Part shown: one piece after another, positions 1 through 9,263 of the stretch
How the letters are laid out: each line of letters opens with the position of its first letter
How positions within the stretch are numbered: position 1 is the first letter of the stretch
Source of the DNA: Tannockella kyphosi
GTDB lineage: Bacteria; Bacillota_I; Bacilli_A; Erysipelotrichales; Coprobacillaceae
DNA: 32,000 nt
Assembly: GCF_021054785.1 (NCBI RefSeq)
Contig: NZ_CP088239.1
Span: forward strand, 240,001-272,000
Direction of reading: 5' to 3'
Translations under genes and position numbers: made by a program
The notes under the pieces: generated by a model
Told to the model about the DNA's origin: nothing
The model's input: the letters and a program-made list of their open reading frames with translations, nothing else
The model's database searches: none

Positions 1-494
1 GTTTATTAAAAGGAGTTGAAGCCAATATTATGGATTTAGAAGGGAATTTAGATTTACCGGATTCTATTTTAAAAACATTGGATATAGTAGTGGTGTCTTT
101 TCATGCTAGTTGTGTGAAACATGGGACTAAAGAAGACCATACAAGAGCTTATTTAGTGTTGGCTAAAAACCCATATGTTCATATTATGGGTCATAGTGGA
201 ACACCAGAGTTTGAATATGATCTAGATGTAGTAATACCTGCTTGGCGTGATGCAGGGAAGTATATTGAAATAAATGCACATACGTTTGTGACTAGAAAGA
301 AATCAATAGAAAATTGCAAAACAATTGCGCTAGCATGTAAAAAGTATCAAGCACCAATTGTTGTTAATTCAGATAGTCATCATGAGTTTGAAATAGGAGA
401 TGTTTCAAAAGCATTGGAGTTATTAGAAGAGATAGATTTTCCTAAAGAGTTAATTAAGAATGCATCATTAGATTGGATAAAATCATTTGATTAA
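1..494 (+). CDS. PHP-domain metal-dependent phosphatase (YcdX-like); 5' end lies outside the window
   Basis: The frame of ORF 30..494 stays open back to base 3 (..LLKGVEANIMDLEG..). It has His-rich PHP-type motifs (VVSFHAS, MGHSGTP, NSDSHH) and is colinear with the YcdX C-terminal half as I recall it. TAA stop at 492-494. Confidence 0.7.
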   Translation, partial: LLKGVEANIMDLEGNLDLPDSILKTLDIVVVSFHASCVKHGTKEDHTRAYLVLAKNPYVHIMGHSGTPEFEYDLDVVIPAWRDAGKYIEINAHTFVTRKKSIENCKTIALACKKYQAPIVVNSDSHHEFEIGDVSKALELLEEIDFPKELIKNASLDWIKSFD

Positions 495-499
495 AATAC

Positions 500-528
500 T
501 TGAGTAGGACCATAAATAATGCTACTAT
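500..528 (+). promoter_or_regulatory. Candidate sigma-A promoter for pth-mfd (TTGAGT-17-TACTAT)
   Basis: -35-like TTGAGT at 500-505 and -10-like TACTAT at 523-528 with a 17-nt spacer, about 25 nt upstream of the pth start. Sequence pattern only. Confidence 0.35.
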
Positions 529-551
529 GTTTAAGTAAAAAGGAGATTTAA

Positions 552-1112
552 ATGAAATTAATTATTGGACTAGGGAATCCTGGTAAAGAATATGAAAATA
601 CAAGACATAATTGTGGATTTATGGTAATCGATGAATTATGCAAAAACTGGTCATGTAGTACAAACCTAGTAAAATTCAAAGGGGAATATTGTAAAATAAA
701 ATACAAAGGAGAAGATGTTATCCTTTTAAAACCAACTACTTATATGAATTTATCAGGTGAATCCGTACAACAATTTATGAAGTTTTATAAAATAGAAAAA
801 GAAGATATTTTAGTAATATATGATGATTTAGATATGCCAGTAGGGAAACTACGTTTACGTACTAGTGGAAGTGCGGGTGGACATAATGGTATTAAGAGTA
901 TGATTAGTCATGTTGGGGGACAAGATTTTCAACGTATTCGTGTCGGGATTGATCGTCATCCATATATAAAGGTAGTAGACTATGTACTGGGTAAATTCAC
1001 AAAAGATGAACAACCTTTCATAGAAGAAGGAGTAAAGCAAGCAGCAAAAGCAGTTGAAATGTTTTTAGAAAAAGATTTTGTAGCTGCCATGAATGCTTTT
1101 AATAAGGGGTAA
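552..1112 (+). CDS. pth: Peptidyl-tRNA hydrolase
   Basis: N-terminus MKLIIGLGNPGKEYENTRHNCGF plus a GGHNGIKS motif, both typical of Pth. RBS AAGGAG lies 7 nt upstream. Classic pth-mfd adjacency. Confidence 0.95.
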   Translation: MKLIIGLGNPGKEYENTRHNCGFMVIDELCKNWSCSTNLVKFKGEYCKIKYKGEDVILLKPTTYMNLSGESVQQFMKFYKIEKEDILVIYDDLDMPVGKLRLRTSGSAGGHNGIKSMISHVGGQDFQRIRVGIDRHPYIKVVDYVLGKFTKDEQPFIEEGVKQAAKAVEMFLEKDFVAAMNAFNKG

Positions 1113-1113
1113 A

Positions 1114-4100
1114 ATGAGAAAGATTGTAGAACAATTACACAATAATAAAGCTTATCAAGCTTTATTAGAAGGAACAAATGATGTTGTTATTAACCATATT
1201 AATGAAGAAGCACTACTTATTGCAAGTGCTTTTTTAAGCTATCCAAAAGATACAGTAATTATTAAAGAAAACCAATATCAAGCTAATTTATTATATCAAC
1301 AATTAGCTACTTTATTAGGAAATGATGTCCTATACTTTCCAGTAGATGAGTCTTATCGTGTTGAAGCATTAGCTGCTTCACCAGAACTTTTAACAGAAAG
1401 AATTGATACAATGTATCAATTAACTAATAACAAAGCTCACCTATTAATATGTCATGTTCATTCTTTGATTCGTTACGTACCAACAAAAGAAGTATTTTTA
1501 CAACATATTTTAGAATATAAAATAGGGGATACGATTGATATTTTTGATATGCAACGAAAATTACATCAATTAGGTTATCGTCATGAAAATAAAGTATTGG
1601 AACAATTTACTTATAGTAAAAGAGGAGGGGTTATTGATATTTATACGATTTCTTCTTCTTATCCGGTTAGAATTGAATTCTTTGATGATGAAATAGAATC
1701 AATGAGATATTTTGATACAACAAATCAAAGAACTTTTGAAACAGTAAATCAAATAACCATTATTCCAGCAAGTGATATTTTATATCTAGAAGAACAAAAG
1801 GATATTGTTTGTGGAAAGATTCATGGTTTGTCTGTGGAACAAGAAGTAGATGATCAACATGTGGATGAATTTGAACAAATGATAGCTTTAGATAAAGAGA
1901 ATATTCATAATCATGTTAATGATATTACTATTTATCCATATTTTGGATTATTTAAACAAACTACGTCTATTTTATCTTATTTAAATCAACCTAAAGTTAT
2001 ATTATCGAATCCTCATGCAATAGAACAATCTTATAAACATTATATGACGGAAAACTTCTATTATTTAAGTCAGTTAGAACAAATAGGTAAGGTTCTAAAA
2101 GGATTACCATTGTATTTAGATTATTATCCTTTACTACCAGATGATGTAACACATATTGAACAATATCATTCAAATGATAATCAAGTATTATTTTTAAGTC
2201 ATAATTTAGAAGTAATGGATACTCCTAAAAGTATTATTGAAAATGTTAAGAAATATCTTGTAGATAATAAAATATTATTTTCTATGGAAAATCAACATCA
2301 AATACGTTTATTAATTGAATTATTAGAAGAACATCAGTTACCTTTTACTTTAATAAGTTTAAAAGATCAAATATTTGATGGTATCAATATATATATTGGT
2401 ACCATGCATCAAGGGATAGAATTATTAGAGGAAAAGATTGTTGTTATTACTGCAAAAGAAATATTCCCAAAATCAAATATTCATCAACCTAAGTATATAA
2501 AGTATAAAGAAGCAAAAGTAATTAAAGATTATCAAGAACTACATTTAGATGATTATGTTGTCCATGATCATCATGGGATAGGTCAATTTTTAGGAATTAA
2601 GACAATGGAAGTACAAGGATGTAAGAAGGATTACTTATATTTAGGATATGCGAATAATGATACTTTATATATTCCTGTAGAGCAGTTTAAGCTGATTCGT
2701 AAATATTCTACTAGTGATGCAAAAACACCAAAGTTACATCAATTAGGTGGTGTGGAATGGGCAAAAACAAAACGACGTGTAAAAGCAAAGTTAGATGATA
2801 TTACAGATACACTAATTGATATTTATGCTTCAAGAATGCAACAAATAGGTTTTGCCTGTCAAAGTGATTTTGCTATTCAAAAAGAATTTGAAGATGCTTT
2901 TAATTATCCTTTAACACCTGATCAAGAACGTTCTGTGATGGAAATTAAAGCGGATATGGAAAAAACACAACCAATGGATCGTTTGTTGTGTGGAGATGTT
3001 GGATTTGGTAAGACAGAGGTAGCTTTGCGTGCTGTTTTTAAAGCAATAGTAAATGATAAACAAGTAGCTTTTTTATGTCCTACCACTATTCTATCAATGC
3101 AACATTATAAAACAATGATACAACGATTTGATGGATTTCCAGTTTCTATTGCATTAATGAATCGTTTTACTTCTAGTAAACAAAAAAAAGAAATAATAGA
3201 AGGATTAAAAAATGGGACGATTGATATATTAGTAGGAACACATAGTATTTTATCCAAAGATATTGTTTTTAAAGATTTAGGATTTCTAGCAATTGATGAA
3301 GAACAACGTTTTGGAGTTAGCCAAAAAGAGAAAATCAAAGAATTTAGAAAAACAATTGATGTTCTATCGTTATCGGCAACGCCGATACCTCGAACATTAC
3401 AAATGTCATTAATGAATATTCGTGGACTATCACAAATTGATACGCCACCAAAAGATCGAATGCCTGTACAAACTTATGTTGTTGAAAAAAATCAAACACT
3501 AATAAAACAGGTTATTGAAAGAGAGTTAGCTAGACAAGGTCAAGTTTTCTATTTATATAATCATACAAGTGAGATTCAAAATGTAGCTTATCGTTTAAGT
3601 TTGGAGTTACCAAATGCTAGAATAGCAATTGGTCATGGTAAGATGCATAAAGATGAATTAGAGAATGTAATGTTACAGTTTACGAATCGTGAATATGATA
3701 TTTTGGTATGTACTACGATTATTGAAACAGGAATTGATATTCCCAATGCAAATACGATTATTGTAGATCAAGCAAACCATTTTGGATTAAGTCAGTTGTA
3801 TCAAATAAAAGGAAGAGTAGGACGTAGTAATCGTAGTGCTTATGCTTATTTATTATATGATGGACATAAACAAATGACAGAAGAAGCTACTAAAAGATTA
3901 AAAGCTATTAAAGAGTTTACACAATTAGGTAGTGGTTATAAGATTGCGATGAGGGATTTATCTATTCGTGGTGCTGGAGATCTTTTAGGAGGACAACAAG
4001 CAGGTTTTATTGATTCTGTTGGATTTGATATATTTATGCGTATTTTACAAGAAACATTGGATGAAAAACGTCAAACAAAAGAATTGAAAGAAAAAGAAAT

Positions 4101-4533
4101 TGTGCCGGTTGCAATTAATGTCGAAGGATATATTCCTAGTGATTATGTATCTAGCGATATTGAAAAACTAGAAATATACCAACGTTTAGAACAAACTAAA
4201 TCATTACAACAAGTGATGGAACTAGAAGATGAATTTGATGATTATTATGGACATTTACCAGAACAATTATTAACGTTACTTCAAAAACGTAAATTAGATA
4301 TTTTATCAAATAATGAAGCTTTTGAAAAGATTCAGGAGATGAAAGGCGAAATTGAAATTCTCTTTACCAAAGAATTTACTAGTAAGGTAGATGGAATGGA
4401 CTTGTTCCAAAAAGTATTAGCACAATTCCCTAGTACAAGATTTAAAACAATGAGTAATACGATTAAAATAACATTTAAAAAAGATGAAAACTGGTTATTA
4501 AAGATAAATCAGTTATTGGAGGAACTAATTTAA
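1114..4533 (+). CDS. mfd: Transcription-repair coupling factor Mfd
   Basis: Superfamily-2 helicase motifs GDVGFGKTEVA, DEEQRFG and QLYQIKGRVGRS, with a CarD-like segment (DYVVHDHHGIGQF). I prefer the ATG at 1114 (RBS AAGGGG at 1104-1109, 1 nt after the pth stop) to the track start at 1093, which overlaps pth. Confidence 0.95.
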   Translation: MRKIVEQLHNNKAYQALLEGTNDVVINHINEEALLIASAFLSYPKDTVIIKENQYQANLLYQQLATLLGNDVLYFPVDESYRVEALAASPELLTERIDTMYQLTNNKAHLLICHVHSLIRYVPTKEVFLQHILEYKIGDTIDIFDMQRKLHQLGYRHENKVLEQFTYSKRGGVIDIYTISSSYPVRIEFFDDEIESMRYFDTTNQRTFETVNQITIIPASDILYLEEQKDIVCGKIHGLSVEQEVDDQHVDEFEQMIALDKENIHNHVNDITIYPYFGLFKQTTSILSYLNQPKVILSNPHAIEQSYKHYMTENFYYLSQLEQIGKVLKGLPLYLDYYPLLPDDVTHIEQYHSNDNQVLFLSHNLEVMDTPKSIIENVKKYLVDNKILFSMENQHQIRLLIELLEEHQLPFTLISLKDQIFDGINIYIGTMHQGIELLEEKIVVITAKEIFPKSNIHQPKYIKYKEAKVIKDYQELHLDDYVVHDHHGIGQFLGIKTMEVQGCKKDYLYLGYANNDTLYIPVEQFKLIRKYSTSDAKTPKLHQLGGVEWAKTKRRVKAKLDDITDTLIDIYASRMQQIGFACQSDFAIQKEFEDAFNYPLTPDQERSVMEIKADMEKTQPMDRLLCGDVGFGKTEVALRAVFKAIVNDKQVAFLCPTTILSMQHYKTMIQRFDGFPVSIALMNRFTSSKQKKEIIEGLKNGTIDILVGTHSILSKDIVFKDLGFLAIDEEQRFGVSQKEKIKEFRKTIDVLSLSATPIPRTLQMSLMNIRGLSQIDTPPKDRMPVQTYVVEKNQTLIKQVIERELARQGQVFYLYNHTSEIQNVAYRLSLELPNARIAIGHGKMHKDELENVMLQFTNREYDILVCTTIIETGIDIPNANTIIVDQANHFGLSQLYQIKGRVGRSNRSAYAYLLYDGHKQMTEEATKRLKAIKEFTQLGSGYKIAMRDLSIRGAGDLLGGQQAGFIDSVGFDIFMRILQETLDEKRQTKELKEKEIVPVAINVEGYIPSDYVSSDIEKLEIYQRLEQTKSLQQVMELEDEFDDYYGHLPEQLLTLLQKRKLDILSNNEAFEKIQEMKGEIEILFTKEFTSKVDGMDLFQKVLAQFPSTRFKTMSNTIKITFKKDENWLLKINQLLEELI

Positions 4534-5033
4534 TGAGAAGATCAGATCGTGCAATTGTAAAAAAAGAAGAAATAGAAAATATTCTTCTTTCTTGTAAAGT
4601 ATGTCGCTTAGCAATGATAGAAAATAATCAACCTTATATTGTACCATTAAACTTTGGTTACACATGGGATGATGAACTTATACTTTATTTCCATGGAGCA
4701 AAACAAGGTCGTAAAATAGATGCGATGAAAATAAATAAAGAAGTGTGTTTCGAGATGGATTGTGATCATGAACTAATACCAGGAGATTATGCAACTGATT
4801 ATTCATATGGCTATCGTAGTATTATTGGTTATGGAAAGATATCTTTTAAAGAAACCATGGAAGAAAAAAGAAAAGCATTGGAAGTGCTAATGTTACAACA
4901 AGCCAATATGCCAAAACATCTTATTGAAAAACTTCCTTATGAAAATAAATGGGTAGATGCTTGTGCTGTATTCACCCTAAAAGTGACTTCCTTACAAGCA
5001 AAAGGACAAATAGTAAAAAAAGAAAGCGAATAG
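4533..5033 (+). CDS. Pyridoxamine 5'-phosphate oxidase-family FMN-binding protein (NimA-like split-barrel)
   Basis: The N-terminal pattern MRRSDRAI..EEIE.IL....VCRLAM..NNQPYIVPLNFGY is characteristic of the PNPOx-like split-barrel family. Its start overlaps the mfd stop (TAATG). Confidence 0.7.
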   Translation: MRRSDRAIVKKEEIENILLSCKVCRLAMIENNQPYIVPLNFGYTWDDELILYFHGAKQGRKIDAMKINKEVCFEMDCDHELIPGDYATDYSYGYRSIIGYGKISFKETMEEKRKALEVLMLQQANMPKHLIEKLPYENKWVDACAVFTLKVTSLQAKGQIVKKESE

Positions 5034-5044
5034 CTTTCTTTTTT
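5015..5044. terminator. Bidirectional intrinsic terminator between convergent genes
   Basis: Stem AGAAAGC (5021-5027) pairs with GCTTTCT (5033-5039) around loop GAATA. An A-run (5015-5020) and a T-run (5039-5044) flank it. It overlaps both stop codons. Confidence 0.6.
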
Positions 5045-5639
5045 ATACTTCTATATATACTTGATGGATGAATTTTCTTTGATACTGATTATTGGTAAGA
5101 TCTTGAATTAAGTCAAAGAAAGTTTCATCTTTAATATAACAGACATAGTTTACTTGATCTAAGTATTCAATATTTTCTATCATTATATGATTCATTTTAC
5201 ACAAGTGTTCAAATTTACGAGTATGTGTATAATCTAATGTTAATTGATAAACATTAATAGGTTGTTTTTCAACGATAGTAGCAACTTTCAAAGCTTCCGC
5301 AACACTTTGTGTATAAGCTCTTGTTAAGCCACCAGCACCTAGTTTAATACCTCCAAAGTATCTTGTAACAATTGCTATTATGTTTGTAAGTTCTTGTTTT
5401 TGTAATACATTTAACATTGGCATTCCAGCAGTTTTAGAAGGTTCTCCATCATCATTTGCTTTTTCATGACCATTTACTATATAAGCACTACAGTTATGGT
5501 TTGCATCGAAATACTTCTCTTTATGATGTTTAATTATTTCATTTGCATTATTCGGGTTATCACAAGGAATTAAGGTACATATAAAAGATGATTTTTTGAT
5601 AATAAGTTTATTTTCAGTTGTTTCACGGATTGATTTCAT
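5043..5639 (-). CDS. yigZ: IMPACT/YigZ-family protein (UPF0029)
   Basis: NDDGEPSKTAGMPML and FGGIKLGAGGLTRAY motifs are typical of YigZ/IMPACT. RBS AAGGAG lies upstream on the - strand. Confidence 0.8.
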   Translation of the reverse strand: MKSIRETTENKLIIKKSSFICTLIPCDNPNNANEIIKHHKEKYFDANHNCSAYIVNGHEKANDDGEPSKTAGMPMLNVLQKQELTNIIAIVTRYFGGIKLGAGGLTRAYTQSVAEALKVATIVEKQPINVYQLTLDYTHTRKFEHLCKMNHIMIENIEYLDQVNYVCYIKDETFFDLIQDLTNNQYQRKFIHQVYIEV

Positions 5640-5775
5640 AAGTAGTGCTCCTTGTTATTTTGGGATAATTATACCTTAATTTTATTGCTTTTTAAAGCAC
5701 TAAAAAATAGTGCATATTAGTATGTTTTTTAATTAGCTTATGATATTCTAGGGTTGTAAAGAAGGAGGGTATTAT

Positions 5776-6150
5776 ATGAGTGAATATAGAATTTGTGAGA
5801 GATGTAAAAATATAATTGAAATGGTGGAAGACAAAGGAGTACCTATTATGTGTTGTGGTACGAAGATGGTAACAATAGAAGCAAATACAGTTGAGGCTGC
5901 AACTGAAAAACATATTCCAGTAGTTCAAGTTAATGGAGATTTAGTAGAAGTAATTGTTGGAGAAGTAGAACATCCAATGTTAGAAGAACATTCTATTACT
6001 TGGGTTTCTATTGAAACAACAAAAGGTAGTGCTAGAAAAGAGTTAAAACCAGGTAGTGCACCTAAGGCTACTTTTGTATTAGCAAAAGATGAAGAATTAG
6101 TAGCTGCATATGCTTATTGTAATCTTCATGGTTTATGGAAAAGTAAATAA
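5776..6150 (+). CDS. dfx: Desulfoferrodoxin (2Fe superoxide reductase)
   Basis: N-terminal desulforedoxin-like Cys pattern (CERC...CCG). The C-terminal neelaredoxin-type domain has EKHIPV, HPM.EEH and CNLHGLW motifs. Strong RBS GAAGGAGGG. Confidence 0.85.
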   Translation: MSEYRICERCKNIIEMVEDKGVPIMCCGTKMVTIEANTVEAATEKHIPVVQVNGDLVEVIVGEVEHPMLEEHSITWVSIETTKGSARKELKPGSAPKATFVLAKDEELVAAYAYCNLHGLWKSK

Positions 6151-6157
6151 AGTATAG

Positions 6158-6182
6158 ACGATACCTAAAGGTATCGTTTTTT
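6158..6182 (+). terminator. Intrinsic terminator after dfx
   Basis: Stem ACGATACC (6158-6165) pairs with GGTATCGT (6170-6177) around loop TAAA, followed by a T6 run. Confidence 0.75.
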
Positions 6183-6224
6183 GTTTGAAAATAAAGAAAA
6201 AAGTTAGTAACTACCTTGTTATTT

Positions 6225-6233
6225 TGTTATACT
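6225..6233 (+). promoter_or_regulatory. Extended -10 element TGTTATACT upstream of the orphan membrane-protein gene
   Basis: TGnTATACT pattern about 38 nt upstream of the ATG at 6271. Sequence pattern only. Confidence 0.35.
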
Positions 6234-6270
6234 TAGTTTATAGGCAGTAAAACAAAGTGGGAGGTTTTAT

Positions 6271-7431
6271 ATGAGTGATAGTCTAAAAAAGAAAATAATC
6301 AATGTATTAGTTATTATTGTTGCTTTGCCTGCTTTTGAGGTAGTGAAAATAATTATGTCTCATACAAGAGGATATTCTTCGATAGGAGAATTAGTATTTA
6401 TTGTAGGGGTAGCGGTTGGTATTTATGCTTGTATCATAGGATTGAGTATTTTAGCTGTTAATGTTTTGATTACTTTTATTATGTTAGTACAGTGTTCTAA
6501 AAACAAACAAAAAGTAACGGATATCTATTTAATGCCTTTTTATTATGATGCTAGAATTAAAAAACTTTCTTTAAAAGGATTATTATATTTTTCTTCCAAT
6601 TATGTTCTTTATGAAATAGATCCTATTGAAACAATAGAGGAATATGAAACTTTAAAACAAACAATTAAAAAAAGAAATAATGGAATTGTTACTTTTGTAT
6701 TAGGGTGGGTTTTAGTTTTGTTTGTTTTAGCTTTGTATTATTATAATATTTATTTATTTATTTTAGGGAGTGCGATGATCTTACAGTTAATGGTACAAAG
6801 TAGATTTCATTTAAGATATCATTGTCGTGGTATTAGTACAATTGTAGATGATGCTTATATTATTCAATTTATTAGCAATCAATTGCAGTATCAAAATTTA
6901 AAGTTATCATCAGAAGTTATTTATTATTTAAAAGAACAAATTGAAGCTATTGAAATATATCGCTTCTATGTAGATATTTTTAGAGTATTATTAATTAATC
7001 CAAATGTGATTGATCATCAAGATAAGTTTATTGAATCTGAGATGGGTAAATTAATGAGAGAAAACTGTTATAATAATTATCGTTATCCTGCTAATATTGG
7101 TAGTAAAGTTGGTGATTTCTATTCTCATTTCTTTGAACATCGTCATTTGTTTATGCTTTATTTAATTCGTGATAAAGGAGATTATTTAAAGAGAACAAAG
7201 GATTTTGTGGAAAGACATATTGAAGAGATTAATAATACAGATAGTGATGTAAAAGATGTTTATATTAAAATGTTATTAGAAGAATTTACGAAGTTTGAAG
7301 CAGAATATATTGCATATTATGAAGGTGAATTTGCTTTTAATAGTGATAGTAGTGATGTTTCATTATGTAGTAGTTATCGTAAAATAATGGAAGAAAAATT
7401 TCTTAGTTCCATTATTTATCCTGGAATGTAG
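6271..7431 (+). CDS. Hypothetical polytopic membrane protein with a roughly 200-aa soluble C-terminal domain; no family recognised
   Basis: RBS GGGAGG lies 7 nt upstream. Two pairs of hydrophobic helices fall at about aa 10-75 and 140-175. The gene has its own promoter-like element and terminator. It contains an HFFEH (HxxEH) pentapeptide. Confidence 0.6.
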   Translation: MSDSLKKKIINVLVIIVALPAFEVVKIIMSHTRGYSSIGELVFIVGVAVGIYACIIGLSILAVNVLITFIMLVQCSKNKQKVTDIYLMPFYYDARIKKLSLKGLLYFSSNYVLYEIDPIETIEEYETLKQTIKKRNNGIVTFVLGWVLVLFVLALYYYNIYLFILGSAMILQLMVQSRFHLRYHCRGISTIVDDAYIIQFISNQLQYQNLKLSSEVIYYLKEQIEAIEIYRFYVDIFRVLLINPNVIDHQDKFIESEMGKLMRENCYNNYRYPANIGSKVGDFYSHFFEHRHLFMLYLIRDKGDYLKRTKDFVERHIEEINNTDSDVKDVYIKMLLEEFTKFEAEYIAYYEGEFAFNSDSSDVSLCSSYRKIMEEKFLSSIIYPGM

Positions 7432-7449
7432 TTAATACATTCCTTTTTT
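7423..7449 (+). terminator. Intrinsic terminator
   Basis: Stem GGAATGT (7423-7429) pairs with ACATTCC (7437-7443), followed by T6. It overlaps the TAG stop. Confidence 0.7.
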
Positions 7450-7460
7450 CTTTGAGAGAT

Positions 7461-7479
7461 AGTTGGGATAAAGTTGGGA
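7461..7479 (+). promoter_or_regulatory. Direct repeat AGTTGGGA-N3-AGTTGGGA upstream of comFA (possible regulator site)
   Basis: Two perfect 8-mers with an 11-bp period end 22 nt upstream of a TATAAT hexamer (7502-7507), in the -35 zone of the only promoter-like element before comFA. Confidence 0.25.
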
Positions 7480-7524
7480 CGAACTTAATTAGGGGTTAGG
7501 TTATAATAGTAGTGGGTGATATAT

Positions 7525-8646
7525 ATGCAGTGTCCACGATGTAAAAATGAGGATAATCGTTATTTTTATTTGTTTCAAAATCGTTATTATTGTCGTAAAT
7601 GTATTCGTTTTGGTAGAGTTTTTGTGGATCAACAAATTCAAGTATCCAATCATACATATGAAACAACCGGTCATTATCAATTGAATTATCAATTAACAAA
7701 ACAACAAAAGGATATGTCAAAACAATTAGTGCTTCAATATCAAAATTATTTAGATTCAAAAGTAAAAGCTGTTTGTGGTGCGGGTAAAACAGAAATTGTA
7801 TACGAAGTGATACAATATGCACTTTCTTTAGGGAGAAGAGTTTGTTTTTGTACACCGCGAAGAGAGCTTACAAAAGAGTTGTTTGGAAGATTGAAGGAAC
7901 AATTTTTTGATGTGGGAATTGATTTAGTGTATGGCGGACATACAAAGAAATTAGAGGGACAATTGATTGTTTGTACTTGTCATCAACTATTTCGTTTTCC
8001 ACAATGTTTTGATTTATTAGTATTGGATGAAATGGATGCTTTTCCTTATAAAGGAGATGAGCAGTTACAAGAAATTTTAAAAAATAGTTGCAAAGGGAAT
8101 ATGATTTATATGTCAGCAACAATGCAAGATGAAGATGCACTTAGCATGGCAAAACGATACCATGGTCATGATATTCCTGTGCCAAAGTGCCAGATTATGC
8201 CATATTATTTTTCTTTGTTAAAGTGTGTTCAACAAATCAAGCAATATTGTTTAAATGAGAAACCGGTTCTTATTTATGTGGCAACAAAACAACAGACGCT
8301 TTATGTAGCCAATTTTTTAAAGCTATTTCATGTAAAAACAGATATCGTCCATTCATTGATTCCTAATACCCAAGAGTTGTTAAGGAAATTGATAAATCGT
8401 GAAGTAGACTGTTTAGTAACAACGACGATTTTAGAACGAGGAGTAACTATTGAAAATGTACAAGTCTTAATACTGAGTGGAGAAAATAAAGTGTATGATC
8501 GAGAAACATTGATACAAATAGCTGGTAGAGTTGGTCGAAAAATAGGACACCCTACAGGTGATGTTATCATTTATAGTGTTTATAAAACCAAAGCAATAAA
8601 GGATTGTATTCGTTGTATCATAACAGACAATGCCGCTATTGTTTAA
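7525..8646 (+). CDS. comFA: Competence helicase ComFA (DEAD/DEAH-box, N-terminal 4-Cys zinc ribbon)
   Basis: Zinc ribbon CPRC...CRKC, Walker A CGAGKTE, Walker B LDEMD, and IAGRVGR. It is followed by comFC. ATG at 7525 is preferred; the track uses GTG at 7516. Confidence 0.8.
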   Translation: MQCPRCKNEDNRYFYLFQNRYYCRKCIRFGRVFVDQQIQVSNHTYETTGHYQLNYQLTKQQKDMSKQLVLQYQNYLDSKVKAVCGAGKTEIVYEVIQYALSLGRRVCFCTPRRELTKELFGRLKEQFFDVGIDLVYGGHTKKLEGQLIVCTCHQLFRFPQCFDLLVLDEMDAFPYKGDEQLQEILKNSCKGNMIYMSATMQDEDALSMAKRYHGHDIPVPKCQIMPYYFSLLKCVQQIKQYCLNEKPVLIYVATKQQTLYVANFLKLFHVKTDIVHSLIPNTQELLRKLINREVDCLVTTTILERGVTIENVQVLILSGENKVYDRETLIQIAGRVGRKIGHPTGDVIIYSVYKTKAIKDCIRCIITDNAAIV

Positions 8647-9215
8647 AGGATATTCATCATTCACTTGATTTTTATCAGCTTATTTATCATTCGGTTCTTT
8701 GTAGTGAATGTATTCATAGTTTTGAAGTGATAGAGGATAAAAAGATGTGGAATGGATATTCTATGCAAATACTTTATCGATATAATGACTTTTTTAGAAG
8801 TTTATTGTTTCAGTATAAAGGACAGTATGATATTGCATTAGCACCTTGTTTTTTAGATATTTTTTATCATTCCTTAATAAAAGAATACAAAGATGCAATC
8901 TTTGTAGTACTACCTAGTAGTGCTACAGATAATCAAAAAAGAGGATTTTGTCCCAATGAAACTATTTTAAAGGAATATGGTTTCTTCGTGTTTGATGGTT
9001 TGTATAAAGATAGAGACTATAAACAAACAAGTCAAAAAGATAGAAGTGCTATTTTCAAGGTTTTAAAGATGAAAGAGGCGCATCGATTAACAAACCAGAA
9101 AGTAGTTCTATTTGATGATGTAATCACTTCTGGAAATAGTTTAAAAGCAGCATTATTGTTGGTGGAACAGTGTAATCCTAAAAGTATTGAAATACTGGTT
9201 TTAAGCAGTAAATAA
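8604..9215 (+). CDS. comFC: ComF-family amidophosphoribosyltransferase ComFC
   Basis: N-terminal 4-Cys (CRYC...CSEC) and a C-terminal PRTase loop VVLFDDVITSGNS. It overlaps the comFA 3' end. The start is a TTG at 8604 or 8613, and no in-frame ATG lies before the zinc finger. Confidence 0.8.
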   Translation: MYSLYHNRQCRYCLKDIHHSLDFYQLIYHSVLCSECIHSFEVIEDKKMWNGYSMQILYRYNDFFRSLLFQYKGQYDIALAPCFLDIFYHSLIKEYKDAIFVVLPSSATDNQKRGFCPNETILKEYGFFVFDGLYKDRDYKQTSQKDRSAIFKVLKMKEAHRLTNQKVVLFDDVITSGNSLKAALLLVEQCNPKSIEILVLSSK

Positions 9216-9263
9216 AGTGATGAACCCTCATAAAAATATTACCAACATTACTTGAAAGAAAAA

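Noticed and set aside
1093-1113. Upstream start for mfd (track start MLLIRGKM...), and similar long starts for yaaA (21716), the NAP gene (21704), comFA (7516) and the IS accessory ORF (25118).
   Set aside because: The longer versions overlap the preceding gene or promoter elements and have no SD. In each case the downstream ATG has a good SD and matches the family N-terminus.
3182-3189. A8 homopolymer inside mfd, and an A7/A5 tract inside the transposase gene (23406-23418, the KKKKK run), considered as slippage, phase-variation or programmed-frameshift sites.
   Set aside because: Both genes are in frame and full length. No alternative downstream frame is open across the tracts, and Lys-rich runs are common in AT-rich genomes.
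5661-5676. GGGATAATTATACC considered as a PerR/Fur box upstream of dfx.
   Set aside because: Only one half-site resembles TTATAATnATTATAA and the second arm does not match. It is indistinguishable from background AT-rich sequence.
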